From assembly GCF_009914755.1 (NCBI RefSeq), contig NC_060931.1: DNA of 64,000 nt, one strand, 5' to 3'. This DNA is from the human T2T-CHM13v2.0 reference genome, Homo sapiens. Of this stretch, positions 15,067 through 28,401 are shown piece by piece; position 1 is the stretch's first letter, and each line of letters opens with the position of its first letter. The position numbers and the translations under genes are program-made. The notes below the pieces were generated by a model. The model did no database searches. It worked only from the letters and a program-made list of their open reading frames with translations, and was not told the origin of the DNA.

Positions 15067-15729
15067 GTAATGAGAAGAAAATGGACAATGCTGTGCTCCT
15101 ACTATCATGTACTATTCGTTCACTGTCACCTCTACTGGCTTCTAGGAAGAAGTACAAATCTTAGAGGAGTAGTTTGATTCCTTGTCACAGTTAAAAACTG
15201 ATATAATCAAAGAATGAGCTTCTTGCTGGTGTCCAGTTTTTGTTACATTTTTTTTTTTAATCCAAGAGAAATATTTTTTCTAGGATAAGATTTGGAATTA
15301 CCCTCAAGCAGTTACTTAGCTCAGGAACTACTTACTGAATACCTAAATCAGTAACAACAAAGGAATTTTGTTGAGAAGGAAATTAGTGCAAATAAAATAC
15401 TCATGGCTAGTAAAATAGTATTAATAATTACATGGATGAAAAATAATGTTAAAATGGAATTTCACTAAGTGGCCTTTTGAAAGAAGAGTGAACACAAGAG
15501 GATATAATTGTTTATTAATTTGAAAAATAGGAGGAGATGTGGACTTGTGTGAATATTGTTTCTTATATTTATTTCTGTCTATAAAGAATAATTTTTTAAA
15601 CACTTGCATAAGCAGGAATCAGTGGATAGAGAGAAATAACAGTGACACAGAAAATTATAAAAAAAAATTTTAGGTAGTATAAGATAAAAGAAAGTACCAG
15701 ATAGAATGAATCACATAATATATTGCCAG

Positions 15730-15844
15730 TTGCTGGTGTAGCCAAATGTCCTCAGAAGGGAGTTGACCAAGCAGAATTGATCTCCTGTCTCCAGAATACT
15801 AACACCTTGCATAGCCCTATCACATGTGATAGGATGCCAAAGAG
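15730..15844 (+). pseudogene. Exon
   Basis: tattgccag| ... GAG|GCAAGA (GC donor). 115 bp, phase 1-2, no stops. Reads AGVAKCPQKGVDQAELISCLQNTNTLHSPITCDRMPK. Confidence 0.5.
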
Positions 15845-16502
15845 GCAAGAAGTAAATCATAAACTAAGGAAGAGCTCAGTGAAGTAGTTAAATAGAACTC
15901 AATAAATACATATGCGATATGAGCTATGGCAATGTTAGGAATTAGAAACATGAAAAATTAGAAAACAGATCGTATGTATGTAATTAATTAATTTCTGTAT
16001 AAGCCAAACTTTCCACTATGTTTTTGAGTTAAAGTAGGCTATAATGCATTAAACTGAAACTTGTGCAGGGTGTAAGCCTGAGTTTCAGCATATTTTATCT
16101 CTCATAAAGACTCTTACTGATTAGTGGTAGCTACTTGAATGACTCTATGAGGATATATTGTGAAACTACACCCAAACATTGTAAGAGTGTCATAATCAAT
16201 TACTTATATCTGCAGTGATTATAGAAATGGAACATGGGAGCATGACTTCTTACCATGAACAAGACCTTTCAAAACAGGAATTTTATATAAACTAGGGCTC
16301 AAATCAGACCAGGACTGAAAATTTGTCACACTTCTAATGTTACGAATTTGATAGGTTTGATGATAAATAAATGGCTAGTGTTTGTATATTCTAAGGACCA
16401 GTTAGAATCTAAATCTGTGCCTAACAGACAGCCTAAACTCTGATTTGAAGAAGAACCTGAAGTCATATTAAATCAGTTGATTTTTGGTTTGGAATCTTAA
16501 AG

Positions 16503-16650
16503 ATTTGAGGAGCAAGCAGATTCAGCTAACAGAATCTTTCTGGCTGATGAAGGCTGAGATTGGCTGAACATTAGTGTATCTTTTTGGATCTCTGGTTTAT
16601 GAATTTATAAATGGCGTTTTAAAATCTTCTTCCTGAGCTTAGGAACAAAG
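16503..16650 (+). pseudogene. Exon (3' boundary uncertain)
   Basis: tttttggtttggaatcttaaag|. The phase-2 start joins the previous exon (AG+A=Arg). Reads FEEQADSANRIFLADEG*DWLNISVSFW. Donor not securely placed. Confidence 0.45.
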
Positions 16651-16794
16651 GTCATAAGGACTCCATAGGCTTAGGGCACATCACTGAGGGTGTTCACTTA
16701 GGTTCAGATAGTATAGCACATTCTGGCCAGGAAACTGGTTGGCAGTTCTTGCAGATATTTCTTTGATGGCTTGTTTGTTTGCTTTTAAACTAGG

Positions 16795-17246
16795 TATATT
16801 ACTCAGGGTTCTCTAGAGGGACAGCACTAATAGGATAGATGTGTATATAAAGGGGAGTTTATTAAGGAGTATTGACTCACACGATCACAAGTTGAGGTCC
16901 TACAATAGGCCTTCTGCAAGCTGAGGTGCAAGGAAGCCAGTCCAAGCACCAAAGCTGAAGAACTTGGAGTCCGATGTTCAAGGGCAGGAAGCATCCAGCA
17001 CAGGAGAAAGATGTAGGCCAGAAGACTAAACCAGTATAATCTTTAAAAGTTCTTCTGCCTGCTTTTATTCTGGCCATGTCGGCAGCTTATTAGGTTGTGC
17101 CCACCCAGATTGAGGGTGGGTCTGCCTTTCTCAGTCCACTGACTCAAATGTTAATCTCCTTTGGCAACACCCTCACAGACACACCCAGGATCAATACTTT
17201 GCATCCTTCAATCCAATCAAATTGACACTCAATGTTAACCATCACA
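16795..17246 (-). mobile_element. MLT2A (HERV-L) solo LTR
   Basis: Runs from cagggttctctagagggacag to ttaaccatcaca. 5-bp TSD ctagg / caagg. Confidence 0.92.
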
Positions 17247-18059
17247 CAAGGCTTTTAGGAAAAACAGGTATAGTAGTAGAATGCTTCAGAATATCAGACA
17301 AAATTGGATGCAATTTGTGAGATTGTAGGCCAAATTCAATGGTTCAGTTGGAACGTCTGACGTTGAGACTATCTGGATGTGCAAAACCAAAAGATACGTC
17401 AGAGAAAAGAAATGATTAATGCAATAGTGCTCTTAGCAATTTTAATTATAATGGAAAACTGTCTGCTGGAGCAGATAACTGGCAGAAATTCTAGCCTGCA
17501 GATATTTGTTTGCTATGGAAGAGTGGTAACTTTTGAAGTTGGAAGGCTGGGAATCCAAGCGGGGTACTTGCAAATGAGACAGGGTCCCAGTTGTCAGTAT
17601 ACTCTAATCAATGAATTGGTGACATTGGGCTGTTGAGTAATATCATGAGGCTCCTACTTCTCTTGCCTGGACCCAGTTTTATAAGGAAAGTTAAAACCTA
17701 TGGAAGGATGCTATGACCAGGCTCAAAATCAAGGGCTGGAAAGATGTAAGGAGGAGAATGTGACATGAATGTCAAATGCTATTCAATTTTTAAAGTTTTC
17801 TGTAGATGTAACTTTTATAATCTCTTTGCAAGTCTATTCTATTGATTCAGGAATTTAAAAATAATTTTTATAGTTATATAATTGATTGCTCTTTTAGAAA
17901 TAAAATTATTCTTATTATATACCTATGAGTGTGGGAAAACAGTGTACTGAGAGAACAAGAGCAAATCAAACCTATAATTAATCGGAAGCAAGAACTAGCC
18001 TTGAAGTATCTTCATGGATCCTGAGGAAAAATAGGAGTGGAGTTTGAACAACCATTAAG

Positions 18060-18815
18060 CTTGTAAAGCTCTATCATATATATACAATTTTCATTGTCAT
18101 CTAACATTTTATAACGTATGACATAAATATACAACCTAAGTTTTCTGAAACTACATTCATCTGTGTAATCAGTGACTGGAACATTGGTAGCATCCTGGAA
18201 AGCCTCTTTTGTGCTCCTTCTAGTCACTAATCCCCCAACAAGGATAACTGCTATTCTGACTTTTAACCCCAGTGGTTGATTTTTGTACTTGATAGAAATG
18301 AAATTCTATGGCCGGTGCTTTTTTTTTTTTTTTGTCTGCCTTCCTTCATTTTACTTGTGAGGTTTACTCATGTTATTATGACTAGTTACAGATCGTTTAT
18401 TCTCATTCCTGTGTAATATTCCTCTGTGTGATATATGTCATGGTTTCTTTAGTCTACTGTGTTTGGGCATTGAGATATCTTACAGTATTGAGCTATTAGA
18501 CATAGTACATCTATAAAGATTTTAGTACATATCTTTTGGTAAATATATACAGGTATTTTGGTCATAAGCCAAGGAGTGGAAATTCTGGGTCATAAAGTCT
18601 AAATATGTTCAGCTTCAGGAGACACCAGCAAATGGTTTTTCAAAACGGTTATGCAATTTACACTTCCTCTAGCATGTCAGAGAATTCCAGAGTCTCACCA
18701 ACACCTGGTATTATCTGTGTTTCCCAGTTTAGTCTTTCTGGTAGATATCATAATGTGGTTTAAATTTGATGTCCCTAAAATCTAATGAAATTAAACACCT
18801 TTTCATGCCTTTTTT
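18060..18815 (-). mobile_element. L1ME/MD-type 3' end
   Basis: Antisense 3'UTR and ORF2 C-terminal sequence. Confidence 0.7.
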
Positions 18816-19682
18816 CATTATAATTTTATTTTTAGTGTTTACCTATGTAAGTTTACCAACTTCTTAGTCAATATCCATGAATTTATCAGATTGATTACTA
18901 AATATTATAGTGTGATATTTTATAGCAAAATTGATTCTTAATTATTGGATATTTGGATTATTTCTAATATTTTTCTTTCTAAATTATATGAGGCTGTTTT
19001 GCTTAGATGATTTCCATAGGGATATGATCCTAATAATGGATGGAATTACTCAGTTAAAGCCTATGCTATAAACATCTTTATTTAATGGAAAAGAAAACTG
19101 AAGCTTTGAAAGGTTAAATAATTCTATCCAGTCACATGGTATGTTTGATTACAATGTTGATTTAATTAGGGCACCAGACTAGAATAAACAAATGTCATTA
19201 GAATCCACCATCGCAACTACCATCACTTAGTAAAATGTGTGGACATTCTAAGAGAGATGATGAGTTTAAAACAATCAAATCTCCTTTATGAAATGAATAG
19301 TTTATTAACCTTAATCTATCCTGCCATTTATAAATCAAATAAAGATATATCATTAACTGATCATAAAAGGCTTTAGCTAAAATTAATTACTGTACTTCAC
19401 ATGTCTTCTACTCTAGACTCTGTACTTTCACTAGTGTAATTCTCTAATTTCAGTGTTCACTCTTCTGTCTTCTCAAAATGACATAGTAAAATAAAGTGTG
19501 TGCTTCAAATTCCTCTAATGTTTTTGCAACAAAAATGTGGCAGTAATAGATCAAACATTAAAAATGGAAATAAAAAGATATATCAATGCTCAAAAATAGT
19601 TATTTCTCTAGATTAGAAACGGAAGGGAAACATGAAGCATCAAAGCAGAAGTCTGAATCTGGAAATGGGAAAAGTTTATCTT

Positions 19683-19799
19683 CTATGGGGTGACAGTGTT
19701 CAAGTGTATAAACTATGGGGTGTCAGTGTTCAAGTGTATAAACTATGGGGTGTCAGTGTTCAAGTGTATAAACTATGGGGTGACAGTGTTCAAGTGTAT
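19683..19799. repeat. 30-bp minisatellite, ~4 copies
   Basis: Unit CTATGGGGTG(A/T)CAGTGTTCAAGTGTATAAA. The variable base runs A,T,T,A. Confidence 0.97.
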
Positions 19800-20149
19800 T
19801 TGAAGCCAAGAAGGGGGTGGAGCTAGGAACATGGCATAAAACCAGGTTCTTAAAACATTTGGAAGGAAAGTTGTGATTGTTAATTGCCTGCAATATGGCT
19901 TTTATGTACTTCAATACTTACAGAAATAGGAAAAAAGGTAATAAGACTTATGGTCATTATTATTAGTACTTACCTGTCCAATGGGAAGATAAATATCCCC
20001 GAGCTCACCAAGGGATAGGAGCTTCAAGGTGCCGGTGTTAGACCTACTTCTGCATGGGACAGACGTTATGGGTCAGGGTAGTACCAAAACAAGAATGGGT
20101 ATGTAGAAGAGAAGAAAAACTGCAACAGCAATAACAAAAGCAACAACAA

Positions 20150-21010
20150 CAATAAAATTGCTTAAGATGAGCCTACAAACCAATCTTCCAAAGCTTATAA
20201 GTCAAGCCAAGAAAGATTGCTACTGAATTAGCTAATGAGGAAATAATTCATTCATACAAAATAAAAATAAAGAACAATCTAAAAATTAATTAGAAACATT
20301 TCATTGTTAAATTCAGAGGTTTAATAATAGAAATTAAATTTATAAAAATAACCAAAAGCAAAAAGGAAGAAAAAATATATATGAAAAATTAATAAGTTGT
20401 AGAAATGAAAAATATATTGAAATAAAAACTCAATATTCTAGCTAAACTTTAATCTGTACAGAGTTGAGGGAATCCAAAGAATCAAAAAATGATTGTGAGG
20501 TACCTTCAATCTAACATAGTGAGATACTGAGATAAAGTCAAAATATAAAGGAGAAGTTAAGGACTAGAGAAGATATTATAGAATAACAGTACCAGAATGC
20601 AACAGACACATATAATCAAGGAACAGGACTAAAGGAAATAAAATATCAATACTTCAAAAAATAATGGCTGCAATTTTTTTTAAAAAAAGCCTGTAAAGAT
20701 TGAAATGCATGTTCATGCATCAGAATAGATAATAAATCCACACCAAAACATTATCCTGAAACTAGCAGATATCAAGAAAAGTGAAATTTTATGTGTGAGT
20801 AGGAAGGAAAGACAAATTTTACACAGTGATTAGAATTACAGCAGACTTTTTTCATCAGCAGTGCCAAGTACTAGAAGACAAGGAAATATTATCTTATATA
20901 AAATGCCAAATAAATTTAACACCAAAATTAAGGTATTGCCATGGATACAAAAAAGAACTGTTTTCCCTCCTGTAAACAGCTTCTGAGAGAATTATTAAAG
21001 GATGTATTTC
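20150..21010 (+). mobile_element. Degraded L1 ORF1/HAL1-like remnant
   Basis: A-rich, with ORF1-type motifs aaatccacaccaaaacattatcctgaaact and tagaattacagcagactt. Confidence 0.5.
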
Positions 21011-21059
21011 AAAAGGTGGGTTATACAGAAATTCATAAAAACATGACCACAGTTTAGCT

Positions 21060-21614
<555 letters not shown>

Positions 21615-21697
21615 CTACGTGGTCTGGTGGTACCCAGCATCAGAATTAATATAGAAATGGCACGGAATTTTCAATCTCTGTATTTGCAATATCCACA

Positions 21698-22026
21698 CAG
21701 TCATGTGACGCATAATGGCATTTTAGTCAACAATGGTTCACATATATAACGATAATCCCATCAAGTAATAACACCATATTTTTGCTGTAACTTCTCTATG
21801 TTTAGATACACAAATACTTACCATTGTGTTACAACTGCCTGCAGTATCCGGTAAAGCCACATGCTAAGGTTTGTAGCTTAGAATGGGGTTATACCATGTC
21901 GTGGAGGTGTATAGTAGGCTATACCATCTAGATTTGTGTATGTACACTTTATGATGGTCATACAACAACACAATCACCTAATGAATTTCTCAAAATGTGT
22001 GCCCGAAGCTAAGTGCTTCATGACTG
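21698..22026 (+). mobile_element. Tigger3a (MER7A)
   Basis: TIRs CAGTCATG...CATGACTG; internal tatgtttagatacacaaatacttaccattgtgttaca. Confidence 0.9.
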
Positions 22027-22308
22027 TATTACAAACTTATACCTGTATGAGAATTTGGCAACAATGTGCATATCTTGATCATCATTTGTATTTTACCTGT
22101 CTAATTTTGTATAATTCTCATCTCATCAGAAGAAGGGTTTATGTATGGAGAGGCCATCATTGTTCCCTGAAACACTGGGGTCAGATAGGTCTCTCTAGAT
22201 TTTTGTGCTTTTGGATAAAACAAAATTGTCTTCTAAACTGAAAGCCACATGGAAAACTTCACATGATTACTCAGATGCCTTTTGCTGTTTCAATTTCTCA
22301 TTACAAAG

Positions 22309-22398
22309 AGCCTTACCACAGAGAAACAACTTTCTCTCAGAGCTGGATTTAGCAGAGTGTGTTTGTTCATATAATTTATTCACCCCCAATGCAAAAGG
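22309..22398 (+). pseudogene. Exon candidate
   Basis: Pyrimidine-rich acceptor ...tttctcattacaaag|. Reads ALPQRNNFLSELDLAECVCSYNLFTPNAK. Donor is weak. Confidence 0.4.
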
Positions 22399-22769
22399 GT
22401 TGCTTTCATATTACTGGTTATTGGCAGAGTTGGCAATTTTTTAAGTTAATTGACTTCTTGGCATTAAAGATTATACTTTTAGAAACACTTTTATCAGAAG
22501 AAACGTGAAGCAAAAGCTGAGCCTAAGTTCCTAAATCATTCTCGGGTTTTATTGTGGTTCTCTCATTCATGCAATTTGAGATAGAAACTCTGGACCCAGG
22601 CAAGCCAGACACGCCTGCTACTGTTAACAAAAAAGAGGTGCTGTGGAAAGTTCTTATCTGCCTATGCCTAGAAATGTGTTTTTTTCTGACTCTGCATGAT
22701 TCTAAATACTTACTGAAAAATGCATGTTTCTTTTAATTTTTTACTGACTTCTTTTTCAATAATATTAAA

Positions 22770-23006
22770 TATGTAACATTAAATGTTAAATTTATATAGT
22801 GTAGGTTTTGTATAGGAGGTCAAAATATAAAATTTGTACAATAAAAATTATGTAATGTTAAATGTTAAATTTGTATAGTGTAGGTTTTGTATAGGAGGTC
22901 AAAATATAAAATTTGTACAATAAAAATTATGTAATGTTAAATGTTAAATTTGTATAGTGTAGGTTTTGTATAGGAGGTCAAAATATAAAATTTGTACAAT
23001 AAAATT
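22770..23006. repeat. 79-bp tandem repeat, 3 copies
   Basis: Units start at 22770, 22849 and 22928. Copies 2 and 3 are nearly identical. Confidence 0.97.
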
Positions 23007-23700
23007 ATATTTGGTGGATTTCAAGTGGTTATGAATTTATAAATCTCAGTCATTTGTATAATAAAAATTTACTTATTTCCTTCATTGGTCCAAAAATAAT
23101 TCAAGAAACCTCAGGTGTAAAATATGAAATGCAAGATGAGAATTAAAGTAAGTGAAGGAAACAGGTGAAAAAAAATTAAAGAGGGGAAATAATGTCAGAA
23201 TTAAAACTTATTATAAAATTTGTGATATTAGATACTTCATGCTTACTACTGTGCCATAAATTTGGCTCTTAGCTTCCAGATAGCCAAAGCTAAGAGAGAA
23301 AATACGATGGTTAAGGACGAGCTACTTTTTCCTTGGTGGCAAACCAGGGGTCTTCATAAAGCAAACATTGTGATGTACTGAACGTATGCCTGCAATAAAC
23401 ATTTCAGAGAAAGCTTGCAGCTGACGCTCTATACGGAAAGTCTAGTTGTAAAAGTAGTTCAGTTGTTCTATTAGGGGCTAAGATGGCACAGGTCAAGTAT
23501 AATTACTGCCTTGTAATCTGGGTTGACAACAAGGACTACAAGGATAATTTTAGAATATCTGTGGGGAGAGATAAAGTGAACATCCTTTAGCTAATACTCC
23601 ACTAAAATTCTGTAATTGAGCTTTTGAGATGAGTAGTTTAACAGAAAATTCAATGCCGTATTCTTTAGTAAATATCAAAAGTACAGAATTTTGAAGTGTC

Positions 23701-23863
23701 TTTTTTCTTAACTTTTGTTTTAACTCCAGGGGTACCAGTGCAGATTTGTTATGTAGATAAACTTGTGTCATGGAGATTTGTTGTACAAATTATTTCATCA
23801 CCCAGGTATTAAGCCTAGTACCCATTAGTTATTTTTCCTGATCCCCTGCCTCCTCCCACTCTT
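23701..23863 (-). mobile_element. Short L1PA(13-16)-type 3' end
   Basis: ttatttcatcacccaggtattaagcctagtacccattagttatttttcctgatc. Confidence 0.85.
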
Positions 23864-24336
23864 GTGCTAGGTTGTTATACATTAATGTTCTTTTTTAGGG
23901 CAAATAAAGCATTTAAACTAATTTGTCTAGAGATGACCAGTTTAATTTCACTGAATCAGGCTGACAAGGATATAAAGCTTATGTCTGTGTTTATGATTAG
24001 AGATAGTGTTTTGGGGAAATCGAGATGACTTAAGTTTTGCTTATGAGTTTATGGGATTTGGCTTTGGAATATATCTGAAACGTGGCCTTTATTTTTATTT
24101 TTCTTGAACAATAAGAATCTACATTTTGCAGTGTGCTTTGGACACATTTTGTAAAGCATTGCTCTAGACATGGTGAATCTCTCCTCTGGGGCTGAGATTA
24201 CTGCCATGTTAGTAAAAATTGTCAGTGGGCTATTATTAACAAATTTTGTTTCTTTTAATTTTCCCCCTTTGGAGGTGAAAGATTATGTCTTTTTCTTAGG
24301 ATTTTTATAAGATTGCCTTCATTCATTTAAATCTAG

Positions 24337-24370
24337 ATGTTCAGGGAAAGATAAAGGAGACTCCCTGGGG
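24337..24370 (+). pseudogene. Micro-exon candidate
   Basis: ttcatttaaatctag| ... GGG|GTAAGA. Phase 1-2, reads (D)VQGKIKETPW and fits the next exon. Confidence 0.4.
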
Positions 24371-24516
24371 GTAAGATAAAAATCTCTCCTAGTTAAGAAT
24401 TTTCAGTGAATGCTGTACAGTGAAATTGCCAGGCAACAACTTTGTATTTATACTGTATTAATATAGTTCATCGACTTTTAGTATTATTATTCTTGAAAAC
24501 TTCTTATTGTTCACAG

Positions 24517-24703
24517 TACGCCTGAGGGAGACCATATTATTTATAGTTGTGTAGCTATAAACAGACATGAGCTGCATTACTAAGTATCAAAAAAAATGGG
24601 GCATAACTGGGCAGAGGAGGCAGTTTTGCTTCCAGCATTCCACGGATGTGCTGGTGAAGAATGGATCACCCGGCTAGGCTACCTGCTTGAGTGGTTCAAG
24701 CAG
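24517..24703 (+). pseudogene. Exon
   Basis: ttcttattgttcacag| ... CAG|GTGAAG. Phase 2-0. Reads TPEGDHIIYSCVAINRHELHY*VSKKMGHNWAEEAVLLPAFHGCAGEEWITRLGYLLEWFKQ. Confidence 0.65.
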
Positions 24704-25409
24704 GTGAAGAATTTGCATATTTTTAGCTCATCTGCAATCCAGTCATTTGCCTTCTTAAAAAGAGAGCTGCCAAAAACATTGTGTCATGCTTAAATTCCCA
24801 CTAACAGCAGTAACAAAGAATGAACTTTTCTTTCTCTGTCTTCAACTCTGGATTAATTTACCTAATCATTTCCAACATTACATTTTCAGAGTCAAACACT
24901 GAAGAATGTAAATTTTTGACTAAAATATTAAAACTGACATGCGTTCTTTCTACCATTTCCCAGACAGTGTGTTGGGTTGTGGGGATGAAGGGATGAATAA
25001 AGCTGATAGCCCCAAGGCATTTATATCTAACACTCACTTCATCAATGGGTTCTGCACTGGTTTACATTACTCTCTGTCCACTCAGATAATTTCTCCTTGT
25101 GAGACAGGTCACCAGATGAAGAAATTTCTTCACTAGTTTATTTTCTATTACTAGGGCTTTTAAAATCTTATGTTTGGGCAACAAATGTTGCTATATTTCT
25201 AATATCAGTGAGTAGGGGTAGCGAATGAAATCAATTTTTTCAGAAAAATATCAGAAGGACAAAAGGAAAAATGTAGAGTAGGCAATGAAGCGGCTATGAT
25301 TTTCTTTTCATCCAAAGATAACTCAATCCACAGAGGTTTCGTGTTGCTTATGTTAATGTTGTAGATTTTCTTTCCAAGTGAGTGAGTGAGTGAGTGAATG
25401 AGATGTTGG

Positions 25410-25600
25410 CAGTTATGTGCAGATGATACAAAATTCTGGGACTCTTGAATGAGAGCAGTTTTCGTCAGTTAGTGTGCAGCAGTCTTGCCTTCTTGTAAGA
25501 GTGGCCTCAAATGAAAGCCCCTGCAAAATGGCTTTGGATGCAAACTTGGTTCCAACTTCTGTAGAAAAGCCAAGTGTAAGAAACACTGAGCAATCAAGAA
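25410..25600 (+). mobile_element. CR1/L3-like RT fossil
   Basis: TGT GCA GAT GAT ACA AAA reads CADDTK (compare FADDTKL), with downstream AKCKKH (compare KCKVLH). Confidence 0.4.
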
Positions 25601-25630
25601 GACGGTTGATGAGTTAAAAATGGGTGATGA

Positions 25631-25718
25631 CAGGAGTTTGACACTGCAGTGGGCTATGACTGTGTCACTGCACACCAGCCTGGGTGACAGAGTGAGACCC
25701 TGTCTCTAAAAATAAAAA
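25631..25718 (+). mobile_element. AluJ/FRAM 3' fragment
   Basis: ctgcagtgggctatga...agagtgagaccctgtctctaaaaataaaaa. Confidence 0.8.
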
Positions 25719-26024
25719 GGGGTATTCTATTCCAGCTGGGTGACAGAAAGTAAAGTTAGGCCAAGTAATAACTGATGAAAAATGATTTTAACATGCAACA
25801 TTAGTGAGAAAATTAGATATGTATCCCTGGAGTACTTAAATATTTATCTAATTGATAGATCATCTACTTTAGTATTTTCAGTGAATTTGTAGTGTATACT
25901 TGTTTCCATTTTGTTAAATTATTTTATTAAAAGCCAACCAAAAAGAACTAAGAGTTTAGAAATATGTTAAACACACACACACTTGCCTGTGTTAATTTTA
26001 TCTATTGGGGTGTTTGGTTATTAG

Positions 26025-26167
26025 GACAAAAGACCACAGGAAGAGATCGCTGCTTTACCTACAGTACCTTTCTTAAGAAAGAAACAACTTTATGCAGATT
26101 GGTTGTCAGATTGAATTAAAGAAATTTTCACCAAACATGGCTTCTTCAGCTGATACTCTTCACATAG
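26025..26167 (+). pseudogene. Exon
   Basis: tgtttggttattag| ... TAG|GCATAC (GC donor). Phase 0-2. Reads DKRPQEEIAALPTVPFLRKKQLYADWLSD*IKEIFTKHGFFS*YSSH. Confidence 0.6.
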
Positions 26168-26733
26168 GCATACAACATGGGCTTCCCAGACTGATTTCTT
26201 TGCTCATTCTCCCTTGCTTTTCTTGAAGAGGACATTTTCACACAGACTTTGCCTCTACTCAATATTCACTTCAAATCCTTCCTCAGAGCCTACGTCCTTC
26301 AGGGAGGCTTCCCTGAATCCCTCTTTTTGACCCTGATCATACATTTCCTTCAACCTTGGCACCAACATATTACAATAATTCAGTGGCTTTTTGCTGTGTC
26401 AAGGATTACACAGAAAACTCACCTAAAGGGCAGACAAATGCGGTCTCTTCCTCTGCAGTCTGATGGCTCTTCTCACAGTGGAAAGAAAGGAAGTGTGAGC
26501 TGAGGACCGAACTAGTGAATGCAATGCTTGGCTTCTAGTCCACATTAGGCACGTGGTCAGCCATGGAACTTGGGCTAGTTAGGCATTTCTCCAGTTCTTT
26601 AACGAATAGTGCCTGCTCACCAGCAGACAAAACTAATGTCAGTTCAGAGGTAAAGGGTAAGAATGTGTTTTGTAGACTATAAAGTGCTCTATAAGTGCAA
26701 GAACTTTGTGTTGCTTTCATTCTCCCTTGTCTG

Positions 26734-28401
26734 CAGCTCTGGCCTCCTAAGCCTACGACTTGTGCAGTCACAGGGGCCTTGCTCTCAGGTGTCACGCCTG
26801 GTTCAATGCTCTGCTATCACCATCTTGAAATTCTCAACAATTCTTTTAATTTGTATTTTGTAAGTGAACTCCAGTGGGAAAATGGATCACCAGAGATGTA
26901 CGCAATATGTGTAACATGGATGTCCACAGTTCCTTACTGCCTTATTTGCACATAGCACAGAAGTCTAGTGAAATATGACATATGGGAGTTCAGTAATACT
27001 CAAAGCCACTGGGAGATGGAATGTTATGTCTATGACTGACTTCCCTAGAGGCCACACTTTTCTTTTGAGCCAAAACTTGCTTTTAATCCAGAAAGAAGGC
27101 AATGATGGCATTCTCAAAACACAGCCAAGGAACCCTATCATGCTCTTATTTGTGTTACTTCCTTGCATTAGCTAACCACTTACATTGAAAATATTGACAT
27201 AAAAGGAAATACAGAGCAACTAGATTATTTCATTTTCAGTTCTTCCTTACTCATCACTCAGGTAGAGAGTGTTGCTAGAATGTGTGTACATCAAGAAGTG
27301 AAATGAAGATGGTGATGATTGCACAGCAATATGAATGTACCCAATACCACTGAATTGTATACTTACACATGGTTAAAACAGTAAATTTTATGTTATATTT
27401 ATTTTATCAAAATTACATTTACCAACATGATTTGTTTTCACCTAATTTTTAAAAAGCAGTAAAATTAAAAGAATCAGCTTAATTTATAGCAGGAAGTTCT
27501 CAGCATTCTGGCTGGGCCTAAAAATAAAACTGACAATGAGAGACAGGAGAAAAGCCTATTAATTAATAAATAAATAAATGTTACATGACATGAGAGATAG
27601 CCTTTAAAAGGAAATGAAGATCAAAAGAAACAGGGAAATCTGTGTATACTTTGTGCTAAGTCTGATTAAAGAATCTAGCTATGAAGCAATGTGATTAGAC
27701 ACAAACGGTTATGCTCTGATGATAATACGTTGGGAATTCAGCAAGTCCTGTTTGTTCAGATTCTTTTCTGTGTCTCTGTGACATTCTCGTTCTCCATGTT
27801 TAGGGCAGGATGCCTGCTACATGAAGGCGTTTAGGGGAGAAGGAGGGGAGGAGGTCAGAGAGTTACCTTCCTAGGTTTTAGGGCCTGCTTTTAGGGAGAA
27901 AGGGGGATTGAGAAGATCAGAGAGACCATCTATCTTCTGTAGTTTTCTTAATTTTCTTCATGTTAAAATACTTATTATGCTAAGGTGCCTTATTTTGGGG
28001 TATCACATTCTGAGCCCAACATTAGTTTTGTGGAATCATTCCACCATTCTGGTAAGATTGATGTACATATACATATACAAGATAAGGAATACAAATTGTG
28101 TAATTTGGTGATGCTACATATAAGTAAAATGCACTCATTTTTATTTAAAATGAACATTGTGTAATATAAAGAAGAATGGTAAGATTCATACAAGTTATTT
28201 AAAATTTTAACTTTTAAAAATTTAGAATGCTGTTAAATGGCAAATAATAAACACCGTGATAAGTCGAGTGAGAGACTGTAGAAGAAAGGAAAAAAAATAT
28301 CTAATTTAGTAATTTTAATAGCATGGCTTTTTTCCTGCCTTTTGAACAAGAGGCCCCACATGCCATTTTGTACTTGACCTCACATTATGTAGCTAGCCCT
28401 G
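26734..28401 (+). mobile_element. MER45 (long form, hAT-Tip100), interrupted by an L1M 3' fragment (~27308-27415) and an LTR
   Basis: MER45 termini tgtgcagtcacaggggcc...aatgctctgct and ttttgaacaagaggcccc...attatgtagctagccctg. Decayed 8-bp TSD cttgtctg / ttcatctg. Confidence 0.75.
27486..28020 (-). mobile_element. MER34A/MER39-type ERV1 solo LTR
   Basis: Reverse complement starts TGTTGGGCTCAGAATGTGATACCCCAAAATA. Confidence 0.75.

Noticed and set aside
17348-17640. Protein-like frames and an 85-aa ORF downstream of MLT2A
   Set aside because: No convincing acceptor/donor pair or phase link, so it could not be placed in the exon chain.
19632-19826. Repetitive ORF or CRISPR-like array
   Set aside because: Contiguous 30-bp tandem units with no spacers. 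The ORF is a by-product of the unit length being a multiple of 3.
22581-22637. Possible small exon IETLDPGKPDTPATVNKKE
   Set aside because: Weak splice sites, and the phase does not fit neighbouring candidates.
23040-23550. Possible L4/RTE-X remnant
   Set aside because: Only one short recalled motif matched, too weak to annotate.
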